From an uncultured Chloroflexia bacterium (GTDB lineage Bacteria; Chloroflexota; Limnocylindria; Limnocylindrales; CSP1-4), in the NCBI GenBank assembly GCA_963819655.1, contig CAWFXA010000002.1:160001-224000 (forward strand): DNA of 64,000 nucleotides, in the 5' to 3' direction. The notes beneath the pieces were generated by a model. That model searched no databases and was not told the origin of the DNA. It was given only the letters and a program-made list of their open reading frames with translations. Made by a program: the position numbers and the translations under genes. Below, piece after piece: positions 1-10,238 of this stretch (within the stretch, counting starts at the first letter, position 1; the number at the start of each line of letters is the position of its first letter).

Positions 1-1
1 C

Positions 2-1267
2 ATCCGCGCTTTGGCTCTCATCAAGCTTGCCGCGGCCGAGACGAACGGCGAGCTCGGCCTGCTCGCGCCGGAGGTCGCGTCGGCGATCGCCTGGGCGGCG
101 ACCACCGTCGCCGACGGGGACCACGACGCACAGTTCCCGATCGACATCTACCAGACAGGCTCGGGCACTTCCACGAACACGAACATGAACGAGGTAGTGG
201 CGCGTCTGGCGTCGGCCCGGCTTGGGGAGGGCCACCGGGTCCACCCGAACGACGACGTCAACCGGGGCCAAAGCTCGAACGACGACATCCCGACCGCGCT
301 CCAGCTCAGCGCGGCGATGGCGATCGAGGAGGTCCTCATCCCCGCGCTCGTCCGTCTCCAGGATGCCCTGGCCGCGAAGGCCGAGGAGTTCTGGCCCGTC
401 ATCAAGACCGGCCGGACGCACCTCCAGGACGCGACGCCGATCCGCCTCGGGCAGGAGTTCCAGGGCTATGCGGGTCAGGTCGAGGAGGCGATCCGCCGCG
501 TCCAGGCGGCCCGCGACGAGCTCCTGACCGTGCCACTCGGCGGGACCGCGGTCGGGACCGGGATCAACGCGCACCCGGAATTCGCCGCCCGGGCCTGCGC
601 CCGGCTGACCGAGCTGCTGGCCCTCCCAGTCCGCGAGGCGCCGAACCACTTCCATGCCCAGTCATCGCTCGACGTCCCGATCGCCGCCCACGGCGCGATC
701 CGGACGACCGCGCTGGGACTGTGGAAGATCGGGTCCGACATCCGCCTGATGGGCATGGGGCCGCGGGCCGGGCTCGCCGAGCTGGCACTCCCCGAGACGC
801 AGCCCGGGTCGTCGATCATGCCGGGCAAGGTGAACCCGGTGATCATCGAGAGCCTGACCATGGTCGTGGCGCGGGTGGTCGGCAACGACGCGACCGTCGC
901 CTTCGCCCAGACCGGCTCCCTGCTGGAGCTCAACGTGATGCTGCCGGTCACCGCGGTCGCGCTCCTCGAATCGATCGAGCTGCTCGGGGCAGCGGCCGCC
1001 AACTTCGCCGATCGGACCGTCGCGGGTCTGGCCGCCACAGAACGGGGACCCGAGCTCGTCGAGCAGGGGCTGATGCTCGCCACCGCCCTCGCCCCGGTCA
1101 TCGGCTACGACGAAGCGGCGGCCCTCGCCAAGGAGGCGCTCAAGAGCGGGCGCACGATCCGCGAGCTGGCGCTCGAGCGTGGGATGGCCCCCGACGAGCT
1201 GGATCGGCTGCTGGACCCGGCGACCATGACCGCCCCCGGCATCGGCGGCGGCTCCGGCGGCGGCTGA
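2..1267 (+). CDS. fumC: Class II fumarate hydratase (fumarase/aspartase family), 5'-truncated by the window edge
   Basis: Signature GSSIMPGKVNP, plus QTGSGTSTN and KTGRTHLQDATP. The frame is open back to position 2. Aspartate ammonia-lyase is not excluded. Confidence 0.8.
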   Translation: MRALALIKLAAAETNGELGLLAPEVASAIAWAATTVADGDHDAQFPIDIYQTGSGTSTNTNMNEVVARLASARLGEGHRVHPNDDVNRGQSSNDDIPTALQLSAAMAIEEVLIPALVRLQDALAAKAEEFWPVIKTGRTHLQDATPIRLGQEFQGYAGQVEEAIRRVQAARDELLTVPLGGTAVGTGINAHPEFAARACARLTELLALPVREAPNHFHAQSSLDVPIAAHGAIRTTALGLWKIGSDIRLMGMGPRAGLAELALPETQPGSSIMPGKVNPVIIESLTMVVARVVGNDATVAFAQTGSLLELNVMLPVTAVALLESIELLGAAAANFADRTVAGLAATERGPELVEQGLMLATALAPVIGYDEAAALAKEALKSGRTIRELALERGMAPDELDRLLDPATMTAPGIGGGSGGG

Positions 1268-1269
1268 GG

Positions 1270-1962
1270 TCAGGCCCGCCGCAGCGGCACGGACGGTCTG
1301 ACCGCGGCGATGGCGAGCCCCAGCCACGCGGCACCGGCGACCGGCCATGCGGCTGGCGACGGGACGAGCATCGCCGCACCCGCCACCAGGAGCGCCTCGG
1401 CGAACGGCCTGTCCCCGGCTCTCGCCCGGACCAGGCCGACGGCGATCGTCCCAACCCCTGCGACCGACTGGCCCGCGCCCGTGATGGCCCCGTAGGGACC
1501 GCCGACCGCGGCGATCGCGAGGACCGCGATCCAGAGGACATACCCAACGATCGCGATCGCCAGGGCGGCGGCACTTCCGCGTGGGGCAGCGACGCCCGAG
1601 CGACGACCCAACGCGACGACGACCCGGAAGGCGGCAACAGCGCCGAGGAGGCCGATCGGGAGGGTTTCGGCCAGGTAGCCCGGCCAATCCGGCGCGAGCG
1701 GCTGCGTCGCGCTCGCGAGCCCGGCCACGATCCAGGCGACGCCGGCGATCAGCGCGGCGATGAGCGGGATCTGTGGCGGGGTCATCGGGGCGGCATGCGC
1801 GTCCCAGGCGCCTCGCGCAAGGTCGAGTCGGGCCCGCCAGTCGGGTGGGCGAGCCTCCAACACGGCCAGCATCTCCGGTTCGTAGCGCTCCCGCCAGGCA
1901 CGCGGGTAGAGGCGCAGCCAGGCAGCCCCGGTGACGCTCGACGATCGTCGGTTCAGACGCAT
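1270..1962 (-). CDS. Multi-pass membrane protein of the type usually coupled to PadR genes
   Basis: N-terminal WLRLYPRAWRERYEPEM motif followed by several hydrophobic helices. ATG at 1962 overlaps the end of the Rieske gene. Confidence 0.75.
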   Translation of the reverse strand: MRLNRRSSSVTGAAWLRLYPRAWRERYEPEMLAVLEARPPDWRARLDLARGAWDAHAAPMTPPQIPLIAALIAGVAWIVAGLASATQPLAPDWPGYLAETLPIGLLGAVAAFRVVVALGRRSGVAAPRGSAAALAIAIVGYVLWIAVLAIAAVGGPYGAITGAGQSVAGVGTIAVGLVRARAGDRPFAEALLVAGAAMLVPSPAAWPVAGAAWLGLAIAAVRPSVPLRRA

Positions 1963-2645
1963 CCGTTCTCGATCAGCGGCGGGATCACCCCCGGCCGGCC
2001 GAGCGGGATCGGCAACGGTCCGAAGGTGAGCTTCGAGGTATCGACGAACAGCACGCCGTCCTCGTCGACGCGGACCGCGAAGCGATCCATGCCTCGCTCG
2101 GCGGGGCCGTAGCGGAGCCCCTCGATCTTGATCCCGAGGCGATCGTAGCGCGACTGGTGGCACGGGCAGCGCATCCAGAAGTCCTCGAGGCACGGATTGG
2201 GGCGGCATCCCAGGTGAGGGCAGATCTGCGACAGGGCGCGGACGTTGAGCGCCTGCCCATCGCCGGTCTCATCCTCGCCCGGGAACCAGCCGCCGCGCGC
2301 CGGATCGATGATGATCACGAAGGCCTTGGCGGCGGCGACGTACGCCGGGAACCCCTCCCCGACCGGGAATGCAGCGTGCGTCGCGAGGAACTCCGCGAAC
2401 GTCCCGACCCGCACGACGCCGCTGGCTGCCCGACCCGCCGACCAGGCGAACGCGAGCGTGCCGGCCAGCGACTCGAGCAGCCACAGGCCGGCGGCCGTGC
2501 CGAGCGCTCGGCGAAGGAGCGTCCTGCGCGAGAAGCCGGTCGCCACGTCCGAGCGGGCGGCGCGCAACGCCGGGCCGGTAACGGACACGAAAGGCGTCGT
2601 CAGGTGAGAACTTGCCTGGGATCGCGGCCCGCCGTCCGCACTCAT
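1953..2645 (-). CDS. Membrane-anchored Rieske [2Fe-2S] protein (PetC/QcrA-like)
   Basis: Rieske boxes CPHLGC and CPCHQS, Tat-like SRRTLL followed by a TM helix, GPAERGM loop. ATGA overlap with the PadR stop. Confidence 0.85.
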   Translation of the reverse strand: MSADGGPRSQASSHLTTPFVSVTGPALRAARSDVATGFSRRTLLRRALGTAAGLWLLESLAGTLAFAWSAGRAASGVVRVGTFAEFLATHAAFPVGEGFPAYVAAAKAFVIIIDPARGGWFPGEDETGDGQALNVRALSQICPHLGCRPNPCLEDFWMRCPCHQSRYDRLGIKIEGLRYGPAERGMDRFAVRVDEDGVLFVDTSKLTFGPLPIPLGRPGVIPPLIENGCV

Positions 2646-2965
2646 GACGATGAGTCGCGCAGCCGGTCGAGGCCGGTCCTGGCCAGCCCCTTGAGACGCT
2701 CGAGCTGGGCACGGACGGTCGTCTCGCCCAGACCGGTCAGCCGGTACGGCCGCCGCCGGTCGACCGCCTCCAGCGGTTCGATGAGGCCGCGCCGTTCCAG
2801 CCTGGCCAACGCGCCGTACAGCGTGCCGGGCCCCATCGGCGACCCGGTGAGTGCCTCGACGTCGGTCATGATCGCGTAGCCGTGTTTGGGCCCGCTGCTC
2901 AGCGACACCAGGATGTACAGAGCGGGTTCCGCGAAACGCCCGAGGTCGAGGTCGCTGTCTTTCAT
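2642..2965 (-). CDS. PadR family transcriptional regulator
   Basis: ILVSL..GPKHGYAI, GPGTLYGALARLE, RRPYRLT. Confidence 0.92.
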   Translation of the reverse strand: MKDSDLDLGRFAEPALYILVSLSSGPKHGYAIMTDVEALTGSPMGPGTLYGALARLERRGLIEPLEAVDRRRPYRLTGLGETTVRAQLERLKGLARTGLDRLRDSSS

Positions 2966-2981
2966 TAGGTCGAACCTCTTC

Positions 2982-3015
2982 TATAACGTGCCGCGTTATA
3001 TCGTGGCACGATATA
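2982..3015. promoter_or_regulatory. Probable PadR operator (two overlapping inverted repeats)
   Basis: TATAACG-N5-CGTTATA (2982-3000) and TATATCGTG-G-CACGATATA (2997-3015), directly upstream of padR. Confidence 0.6.
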
Positions 3016-3081
3016 TAGGCTCCAAACGCCGCGCCGTCAAGCCCCGCGGTCCGCGAGCGGCGACCGGTACAATCCGGCGCG

Positions 3082-3861
3082 ATGACCGACACCCGTCTCT
3101 GGGATCGCGCCGCCCGTGGCGTTGCCACCGACGGCCGCCGCCTGCCGGCCATGGCCAGCCTGGATCCCGGGGTACCGAGCGTCGCCGAGCTGTTCGACTT
3201 CATGCGCGACGCCGAGCTCCGGTTCGCGACCCTCCGGATGCGGATCCTCGAACGCGTCGTGACGACTCGGGGCGAGGACGTCACCCAGGTCGACGTCATG
3301 CTCAGACATCCGGGCCAAGCCAAGGTCACGACCAGCCGCCCGGGCGAGATCGTCGGGGGGCATTACGAGATCTGGATCTCGGATGGCGACCTCGTGCGGA
3401 CCTACGCCGCGGCGCACAAGCTCGGCACCCAACGGCCGATCCGGAACCGCCCGCGCGGGCTGGATGACCCGGATCTGCCCGGCATGTCGCGGATCTACGA
3501 ACCGGTCACGCCGCTTCAGATGGAGACGTTGCCCGACACGTTCGTGCACCCGGCCGGGTTCTGCCAGAACGTCCTTGCGACGGGGCGGTGCACGATCACC
3601 GGCACCGGCGAGGCCAGCGGTCGAGCGACGATCCTGTTGCGCTGCGACCATCCGCGCACGATCGAGCTCCCCGCCGACCGGCGCGACCACAGCTTCGAGA
3701 TCGTCGTGGACCGCGAGACCGGCCTGATCCTGCGCTTGATCGAGACGATCGGCGGATCCGTGACGCGCGATGCGCTCGTCACCGAGATCGCGCCGGAAGC
3801 GTCGCTCCCGCCATCGGCCTTCGAGTTCGTCTTCCCGACCGGGACGACGATGCTCTACTAG
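3082..3861 (+). CDS. LolA-like fold protein without a signal peptide
   Basis: WISDGDLVRTY, VVDRETGLILR and PPSAFEFVFP resemble LolA/LppX-type motifs. TACAAT lies 8 nt before the ATG. Confidence 0.55.
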   Translation: MTDTRLWDRAARGVATDGRRLPAMASLDPGVPSVAELFDFMRDAELRFATLRMRILERVVTTRGEDVTQVDVMLRHPGQAKVTTSRPGEIVGGHYEIWISDGDLVRTYAAAHKLGTQRPIRNRPRGLDDPDLPGMSRIYEPVTPLQMETLPDTFVHPAGFCQNVLATGRCTITGTGEASGRATILLRCDHPRTIELPADRRDHSFEIVVDRETGLILRLIETIGGSVTRDALVTEIAPEASLPPSAFEFVFPTGTTMLY

Positions 3862-4165
3862 AGCACCAACGACCCCCGGTCCCGCAGGCGCGACCGCTCT
3901 TCCGCCCGTTCGACCCGGCGCGTATAGTCGGCGCCGAGGTCGGATGCCCGCGCTGGAGGGAGCGCGCGGGTGGTCCGAGCATGCTGGCGAAAGGAGGCGC
4001 ACGCGACCCCTCGCCCCCGCGTCATCCAGGCACATCCCCGCATACGGCGCTCGGCGCACCGACATCGGTCGCAGCCGGCGCACGATCGGTCCTGACCCGG
4101 GCCCGATCATCCGGGCGATCGCCACCGCCCAAGGTCGGCGCTCCGCCCTCGTGAGGGAGGTATCG

Positions 4166-5875
4166 ATGACCCAGTCAACATCACGCGACGACGTCATCAA
4201 ACAGGACGTCGCTGACCTGCACAAGCTCGGTTACGCGCAGGAGCTTTTCCGCTCGATGGGCGGGTTCAGCAACTTCGCGATCAGCTTCAGCATCATCAGC
4301 ATCCTGACGGGCGCCGTCATCCTGTATGACTACGGCCTGGCGTGGGCCGGCACGGCTGCCGTGCTCATCGGCTGGCCACTGGTGACGATCTTCGTGCTCA
4401 TGATCGCTGCGAGCATGTCGGAGATCGCCTCCGCCTACCCGACCGCGGGCGGCCTGTACTACTGGGCGAGCCGGATGAAGGGCAACCAATGGGGCTGGTG
4501 GACGGCCTGGTTCAACCTGCTCGGCCAGTTCGCCATCGTCGCCGGTATCAGCTACGCCGCGGCGCAGTTCCTGAACGTCTCGCTGGTGACGCCGCTCCTG
4601 GACAACATCGGCATCGACTACGGCAACACCACTGTGATCATCGCCAACGGCGATGTCCCGATCCTGTCCGGAGCGCTCGTGACGATGGGCGTCCTGATGG
4701 CGATATGCCTTGCGCTCAATGTCGCCGGGATCAACCTGGTCGCGCTGCTCAACCAGGTCAGCGTGTGGTGGCATATCGCGATCGTCGCCGCGGTGGTTGT
4801 CCTCGTCTTCATCGCGGGCAAGCCGGACCAGTCCGGGATGACGCTGTTCGCGGTCCAGCCGCAGGACGTCGGGGGATCGTGGGCCAACGACCTCACGAAG
4901 ATCGGCCTCCCCATCAATCTGAGCTACGGCGCCGCCATCACCTATCCCTTGATCTTCGCCTTCCTCTTCTCACTCCTTCAGGCCAACTGGACGTACACGG
5001 GGTATGACGCTTCGGCGCATGTTGCGGAGGAGACGGTCGGTGCGCGGGTGTCGAGCGCTTGGGGCATCTTCCTGTCGGTGGCGGTGTCGGCCGTCGTCGG
5101 ATTCATCTTCCTGCTCGCCCTCACGACCCACCTCCCCGATCTGTCCACGCTCTTCCCAGCCGACTTGCTGACTGCAGACGCGGCGACGTACAGCACGTAC
5201 TACTTCGGACAGGGCTACGCCGTCTACGACACGCTCCGCTACAACCTCGACACCGTCGGGCAGCTGCTCGGCGCCGGGATCGCCATCGCGATGTCGTTCT
5301 GTGCCCTCTCGTCGGTCGCTTCTGCCGGGCGGATGTTGTTCGCCTTCAGCAGAGACGACGGTGTCCCCGGCTCGCGCTGGCTGAAGAAGGTGTCCCATCG
5401 CTATCGGACGCCGGTCAACGCGTTGATCGCGATCGTGGTGGTCGCGTTCCTGTTCACGGTCGCCGCGTTCTACGTCGGAGCGCTCGGCGGCCCGGGCGGC
5501 GGCGGGATCGCGATCGTGATCGTGACGGCGATCAGCACGATCTTCCTGTATGCGGCGTACGGCATCCCGATCTTCCTCGGGCTCACGACGAGCGAATGGA
5601 AGCAGGAACGGGTCTGGAGCCTTGGCCGCTGGTCGAAGATCGTCGCCACCGTGGCGCTGCTCTGGATCCTCGTTCTGCTCGTTCTGTTCTCCTTCCCGAC
5701 GTCCGGCAACATCAGCTGGCCCTTCATGGTGGGCGCCTTGATCCTGCTGCTCATCTACTACTTCGCCTGGGCGCGAAGTCGGTTCAAGGGACCACGACGC
5801 ATGGGCGATAGCGCCGAGCTGACCGAGATCGAGCGGGAGTTCGAGCACGCAGCCGAGGAGGTCCAGCCCGCCTGA
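4166..5875 (+). CDS. APC-superfamily amino acid/polyamine permease
   Basis: FSNFAISFSIIS, SAYPTAGGLYYW, GYDASAHVAEET; many TM helices; SD GGAGG before the ATG. Confidence 0.92.
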   Translation: MTQSTSRDDVIKQDVADLHKLGYAQELFRSMGGFSNFAISFSIISILTGAVILYDYGLAWAGTAAVLIGWPLVTIFVLMIAASMSEIASAYPTAGGLYYWASRMKGNQWGWWTAWFNLLGQFAIVAGISYAAAQFLNVSLVTPLLDNIGIDYGNTTVIIANGDVPILSGALVTMGVLMAICLALNVAGINLVALLNQVSVWWHIAIVAAVVVLVFIAGKPDQSGMTLFAVQPQDVGGSWANDLTKIGLPINLSYGAAITYPLIFAFLFSLLQANWTYTGYDASAHVAEETVGARVSSAWGIFLSVAVSAVVGFIFLLALTTHLPDLSTLFPADLLTADAATYSTYYFGQGYAVYDTLRYNLDTVGQLLGAGIAIAMSFCALSSVASAGRMLFAFSRDDGVPGSRWLKKVSHRYRTPVNALIAIVVVAFLFTVAAFYVGALGGPGGGGIAIVIVTAISTIFLYAAYGIPIFLGLTTSEWKQERVWSLGRWSKIVATVALLWILVLLVLFSFPTSGNISWPFMVGALILLLIYYFAWARSRFKGPRRMGDSAELTEIEREFEHAAEEVQPA

Positions 5876-5978
5876 CCCTCGCAACGGACCCGCACAGCAA
5901 CGGGGGCTTGCCCGGCACCGCCAGGCCGGCCCCCGAACCGTCATTGCCCGGGCACGGGCGTACGGACAAGGAGCGACG

Positions 5979-7391
5979 ATGACCGACCACGACGGCGATC
6001 ACGGCCAGGCGACCAAACATCCACGTCTCGCCGAGCTCGAGACGATGGTCCGCGATGGCCGGATCGACACGATCGTGGTCGCGTTCACCGACATGCAGGG
6101 TCGGCTGATGGGCAAGCGCGTCCACGGCCAGGCCTTCCTCGACGGCGTGATCTCGCACGGCGCGCACTTCTGCACGTACCTGCTCGGCACGGACATGGAG
6201 ATGAACACCCCCGAGGGCTACCGGCTCATGAACTGGGAGACCGGCTACGGCGACTGGATCGCCGAGCCGATCTGGGACCAACTCCGGTTCCCGCCGTGGC
6301 TGCCCGGGACCGCGCTCGTCCTGAGCGACACGATCGACGAGGAGACCGGCCGCGAGATCCCGGTCTCGCCGCGCACGATCCTCAAGCGCCAGGTCGGCCA
6401 GGCCGAGAAGGCCGGCTTCGCGATCAAGGCCGGCTCGGAGTTCGAGTTCTACGTGCTCAAGGACTCGTGGGAGTCGCTGGCCGAGCGCGGCTGGCCTGTG
6501 CCCACTCCGTTTGGGTACTACAACGAGGATTACCACCTTCTGCAGGCGACCAAGGCAGAGCCGCTCCACCACCTGCTGCGCACCCAGATGAGCGCCGCCA
6601 ACGTCCCGATCGAGTTCAGCAAGGGCGAGGCGGCCAACGGCCAGCACGAGGTCAACATCCGCTACGACCACGTCCTCGAGTCGGCTGACCGAAGTGTCGT
6701 CTTCAAGCACGGTGCCAAGGAGATCGCCTACCTGAACGACTGGGCGATCACGTTCATGGCCAAGCCCGACCATCGCTGGACGGGGTCGTCGGGGCATCTG
6801 CACATGAGCGTCTGGGACCTCGCCAAGGACGTCCCGATCATGCACGCGACCGGGCGCGACAAGGGCGGTCCCTACGGGTTGTCCAAGGTCGGCCAGCAGT
6901 TCATGGCCGGGATGATGGCGCTGTCACGCGAGCTCGCGGTGTTCGTCGCGCCGTTCATCAACTCCTACAAGCGTTACGCCTCGCTGTCGTGGGCCCCGGT
7001 GAACGTCGTCTGGGGCCGCGATAATCGGACCACCGGGTTCCGCCTCGTCGGCCGCGGCCCGTCGCTCCACGTCGAGAACCGGTTCCCCGGAGGCGACATG
7101 AACGCGTATCTGACATACGCCGCGATGGTCGGGGCCGGGCTGTACGGCGTCCGCAAGGGCCTCAAGCTCGAGAACGAGTTCAAGGGCAACGGCTACCTCG
7201 CGAAGGGCCATCCGCGGATGCCGCGCGCGCTATACGAGGCGATCACCGAGCTGGAGCGGTCGAAGGCCGCGGTCGAGATCTTCGGGCAGGACGTCGTCGA
7301 CCACTACCTGAACGCCGCGCGGGTCGAGCAGGAAACCTACGACGCGATGGTCCATCCGTGGGACCGCGAACGCTATCTCGAGCGAGGCTGA
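5979..7391 (+). CDS. Glutamine synthetase-like gamma-glutamyl ligase (GlnA4/PuuA-like)
   Basis: FTDMQGRLMGKR, GSEFEFY, GQHEVN, TFMAKP..GSSGHLHMS, WGRDNRT, VENRFPGGD. Confidence 0.88.
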   Translation: MTDHDGDHGQATKHPRLAELETMVRDGRIDTIVVAFTDMQGRLMGKRVHGQAFLDGVISHGAHFCTYLLGTDMEMNTPEGYRLMNWETGYGDWIAEPIWDQLRFPPWLPGTALVLSDTIDEETGREIPVSPRTILKRQVGQAEKAGFAIKAGSEFEFYVLKDSWESLAERGWPVPTPFGYYNEDYHLLQATKAEPLHHLLRTQMSAANVPIEFSKGEAANGQHEVNIRYDHVLESADRSVVFKHGAKEIAYLNDWAITFMAKPDHRWTGSSGHLHMSVWDLAKDVPIMHATGRDKGGPYGLSKVGQQFMAGMMALSRELAVFVAPFINSYKRYASLSWAPVNVVWGRDNRTTGFRLVGRGPSLHVENRFPGGDMNAYLTYAAMVGAGLYGVRKGLKLENEFKGNGYLAKGHPRMPRALYEAITELERSKAAVEIFGQDVVDHYLNAARVEQETYDAMVHPWDRERYLERG

Positions 7392-7537
7392 CGCCGATCC
7401 CTTGACCCCGGCGGAGCCGGATTTCGCTGGTGTCCGCGCTGCCCTGCTCGCCGAACGCGCCGCCCCGCTGACTCGCCCTTCCCCTGGCCCGTCCATCTTG
7501 ACTTTCGGTCGTGCCGGGAGGGCCCCCTACGAAAGTC

Positions 7538-8222
7538 CTATCCGCCGCCGCCGACGGTCCTGGTCGCCACCTCGCGGAGGCGCTGCGCGACGTCGACGTG
7601 TCCGGCCGCCTCGGCCAGGTCGGCCGGGGTCCCGCCGTCCTCCACCGCGATGGTCGGGTCGGCGCCGGCCGACAGGAACAGCTCGACCAGCTCGGCGTCG
7701 CCGTGCTGGGCCGCTTCGTGAAGCGGCGCGTAGCCACCGTGCTGGGTCGCGTTCACGTCGGCCCCGGCGGACAGCAACAGCCGGCAGACCTCGATGTGGC
7801 GGCCCGCTGCGGCCGCGTGGAGTGGCTGGTTCGCGAACCCGTTTGACGTGTACGTGTCGACCCGCGCTCCCGCGTCGAGCAGGATGCGCGTGACCTCGGC
7901 CTTTCCGAAGAACGCCGCGAGGTGCAGCGCCGTGAAGCCATCCGGCGAGAACCCCGTGACGCTGGCCGGGTCGTCCATGAGCCGCTCGCGCAAGCGGTCG
8001 ATGCGTCCGAGGGCGGCCGCCTCGAACACGTCGAGGTCCGGATCGGCGGCCAGGAGCGCGTCCATCGTCGGCCGGTCGAACCTGTACCGGGCGAGCAGAC
8101 AGGGCCGACACGCCATCGTCGCCGCGCGCCATGGCCAGCGCCGGATCCTCGGTCACCAGCGCGGCGACGCGTTCGGCGTCTCCGGCGGCGACGGCCTCCA
8201 TCACGTCCGACGGCGTGCCCAT
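7538..8222 (-). CDS. Ankyrin repeat protein (one frameshift near 8100)
   Basis: DGFTALHLAAFFG, NQPLHAAAAG, GYAPLHEAAQHG. The N-terminus (MGTPSDVMEAVAAGD..GVSAL) lies in the adjacent frame. Confidence 0.85.
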
Positions 8223-8293
8223 GCACGGAGCGTACCTCGCGGGTCATGGGCGCGGGTACGATGACGGCCGACGCAGGGAGGGATGAGCGACCG

Positions 8294-9061
8294 ATGCGAC
8301 TCGCCGACAAGGTCACGATCATCACCGGTGGGGGCGGCGGGATGGGTCGGGTCGCTGCCCGGATCTTCGCCGGGCATGGAGCGAAGGTCGTGGTGGCCGA
8401 GTACGGCGAGGCTGCCGGACAGGAGACGGTCGACATGATCAGGGCCGACGGGGGCGAGGCCACGTTCGTCCGTGCCGATGTCTCGAACGAGGCCGATGCC
8501 AAGGCGATGGTGGACCACGCCGTCACGACCTATGGGCGATTGGACTGCCTCTACAACAACGCCGGCGTCATGCCCGAGGCAGACCATTCCGTGACGGACA
8601 CATCGGTCGAGGTCTGGGACCAGGTGATGGCCGTCAACGTCCGCGGCGTATTCCTCGGCTGCAAGTACGCGGTCCCCGCGATGGCGGCCGCCGGTGGCGG
8701 CTCGATCATCAACATCTCGAGCTTCGTCGCGCTCCTCGGCTGCTCCGTTCCGCAGGACGCCTACACCGCCTCGAAAGGCGCCGTGCTCAGCCTCACCCGG
8801 AGTCTGGCCGTCCAGTTCGGGCCGAAGGGCATCCGCACGAACGCCATCTGCCCCGGTCCTGTCGAGACGCCGTTGCTGATGGACTGGCTCGTGAAGGACG
8901 AGGACGCGAAGCGCATCCGGCTCGCGCGCAACCCGACCGGCCGATTCGGGAAGCCAGAGGAGATCGTCCACATGGCCGTCTATCTCGCCTCCGACGAGTC
9001 GCGCTGGACGAACGGCGCGTCGCTCGTCGTTGATGGCGGGATCACCGTCAACTACTTCTGA
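8294..9061 (+). CDS. Short-chain dehydrogenase/reductase
   Basis: TGGGGGMG, NNAG, YTASKG, NAICPG. Confidence 0.93.
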   Translation: MRLADKVTIITGGGGGMGRVAARIFAGHGAKVVVAEYGEAAGQETVDMIRADGGEATFVRADVSNEADAKAMVDHAVTTYGRLDCLYNNAGVMPEADHSVTDTSVEVWDQVMAVNVRGVFLGCKYAVPAMAAAGGGSIINISSFVALLGCSVPQDAYTASKGAVLSLTRSLAVQFGPKGIRTNAICPGPVETPLLMDWLVKDEDAKRIRLARNPTGRFGKPEEIVHMAVYLASDESRWTNGASLVVDGGITVNYF

Positions 9062-9071
9062 GAGGCACGTC

Positions 9072-9920
9072 GTGACGGAGTCGACGTCATCGAGCGACGG
9101 CAATGGCCGGCTCGCGTTCGGGGTCGACGTCGGTGGCAGCGGTATCAAGGCCGCGATCGTCGACGTCGACTCGGGTGAGATGCGGTCGGAGCGCCTGCGC
9201 GTTCCGACGCCGGTGCCGTCGACGCCCGACAGGGTCAGCGCGTCGATCGCCCGGCTCGTGCGGCGGCTCGCCAAGGCGACGTCGATCCCGGACGACGCGC
9301 CGGTCGGCGTGGGGCTGCCCGGCGTGGCCATCGATGGGCGGCTGAAGACGGCCGCGAACATCGACCCGGCGTGGGTCGACTATCCGATCGCCGAGAAGCT
9401 GTCGAAGGCATTGAAGCGGCGGGTCGAGATCGTCAACGACGCCGATGCGGCGGGTATCGCCGAGCTGCGCTTCGGAGGCGGCGCCGGCAAGCGCGGGACC
9501 GTGATCTTCCTGACCCTGGGCACGGGCGTCGGGTCCGGCGTGTTCGTCGACGGTACGCTCGTGCCGAACACCGAGTTCGGGCAGATGGAGATCCGCGGCC
9601 GTCCGGCGGAGCGGCGGTCGGCGTCCGCGGCCCGCACCCGACGCGGCCTGTCGTGGAAGGCGTGGGCGCAGGACCTCGACGAGCACCTCCAGCGGATCGA
9701 GGAGCTCTTGTGGCCGTCGCTGTTCATCATCGGTGGCGGGGTGAGCAAGAACGCCGACAAGTTCATTCCGAAGCTGACGGCCCGCACGCCGATCGTGCCC
9801 GCCCAGCTGCGCAACGATGCCGGGATCGTCGGCGCCGGCATCGTGGCGGTCGAGGGCTTCGCCGACGCCAAGTCGACCTGGGACGACCTGCCGGAGGGCC
9901 AGCGCCCGGCCCCGGAGTAG
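9072..9920 (+). CDS. ppgK: ROK family polyphosphate/ATP glucokinase
   Basis: GVDVGGSGIK, NDADAAG, TLGTGVGSG, LVPNTEFG, IIGGGVSK. Confidence 0.85.
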   Translation: MTESTSSSDGNGRLAFGVDVGGSGIKAAIVDVDSGEMRSERLRVPTPVPSTPDRVSASIARLVRRLAKATSIPDDAPVGVGLPGVAIDGRLKTAANIDPAWVDYPIAEKLSKALKRRVEIVNDADAAGIAELRFGGGAGKRGTVIFLTLGTGVGSGVFVDGTLVPNTEFGQMEIRGRPAERRSASAARTRRGLSWKAWAQDLDEHLQRIEELLWPSLFIIGGGVSKNADKFIPKLTARTPIVPAQLRNDAGIVGAGIVAVEGFADAKSTWDDLPEGQRPAPE

Positions 9921-10238
9921 CGGCGACCGCGCCGCCCCGCGCCGCACCGCACCGGTTCGCCCCTCGCCGCCCTCCTTCGCCTAATCGATTCTGCCCCCAC
10001 CAGACGATTTGCAGCATCGCCAGGTCGAAGGGACGAGTTGCGAGCTCGACCACGCTCACGTGAACTGGCGAAGCGGCCGTTAGGCCGTGCGATGGGCCGA
10101 TTCCTCTGGTCCCAGCAGAATCCACGCCGCGAAGCTCTGTTGGGCGCATGCGACCGCGTGCACGCCCGTTGAGACCGCTCAGCGGCGGACGAGCGTAGAA
10201 TCGCGACCCTTTCCATTTGCCCCTCGCGAGGTCTCCCG

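Noticed and set aside
3900-4165. Guanidine (ykkC) riboswitch in the permease leader
   Set aside because: TGGTCCGAG and a hairpin are present, but the AGGGTTCCG and 3' AAAAGCCCGGGAG elements are missing.
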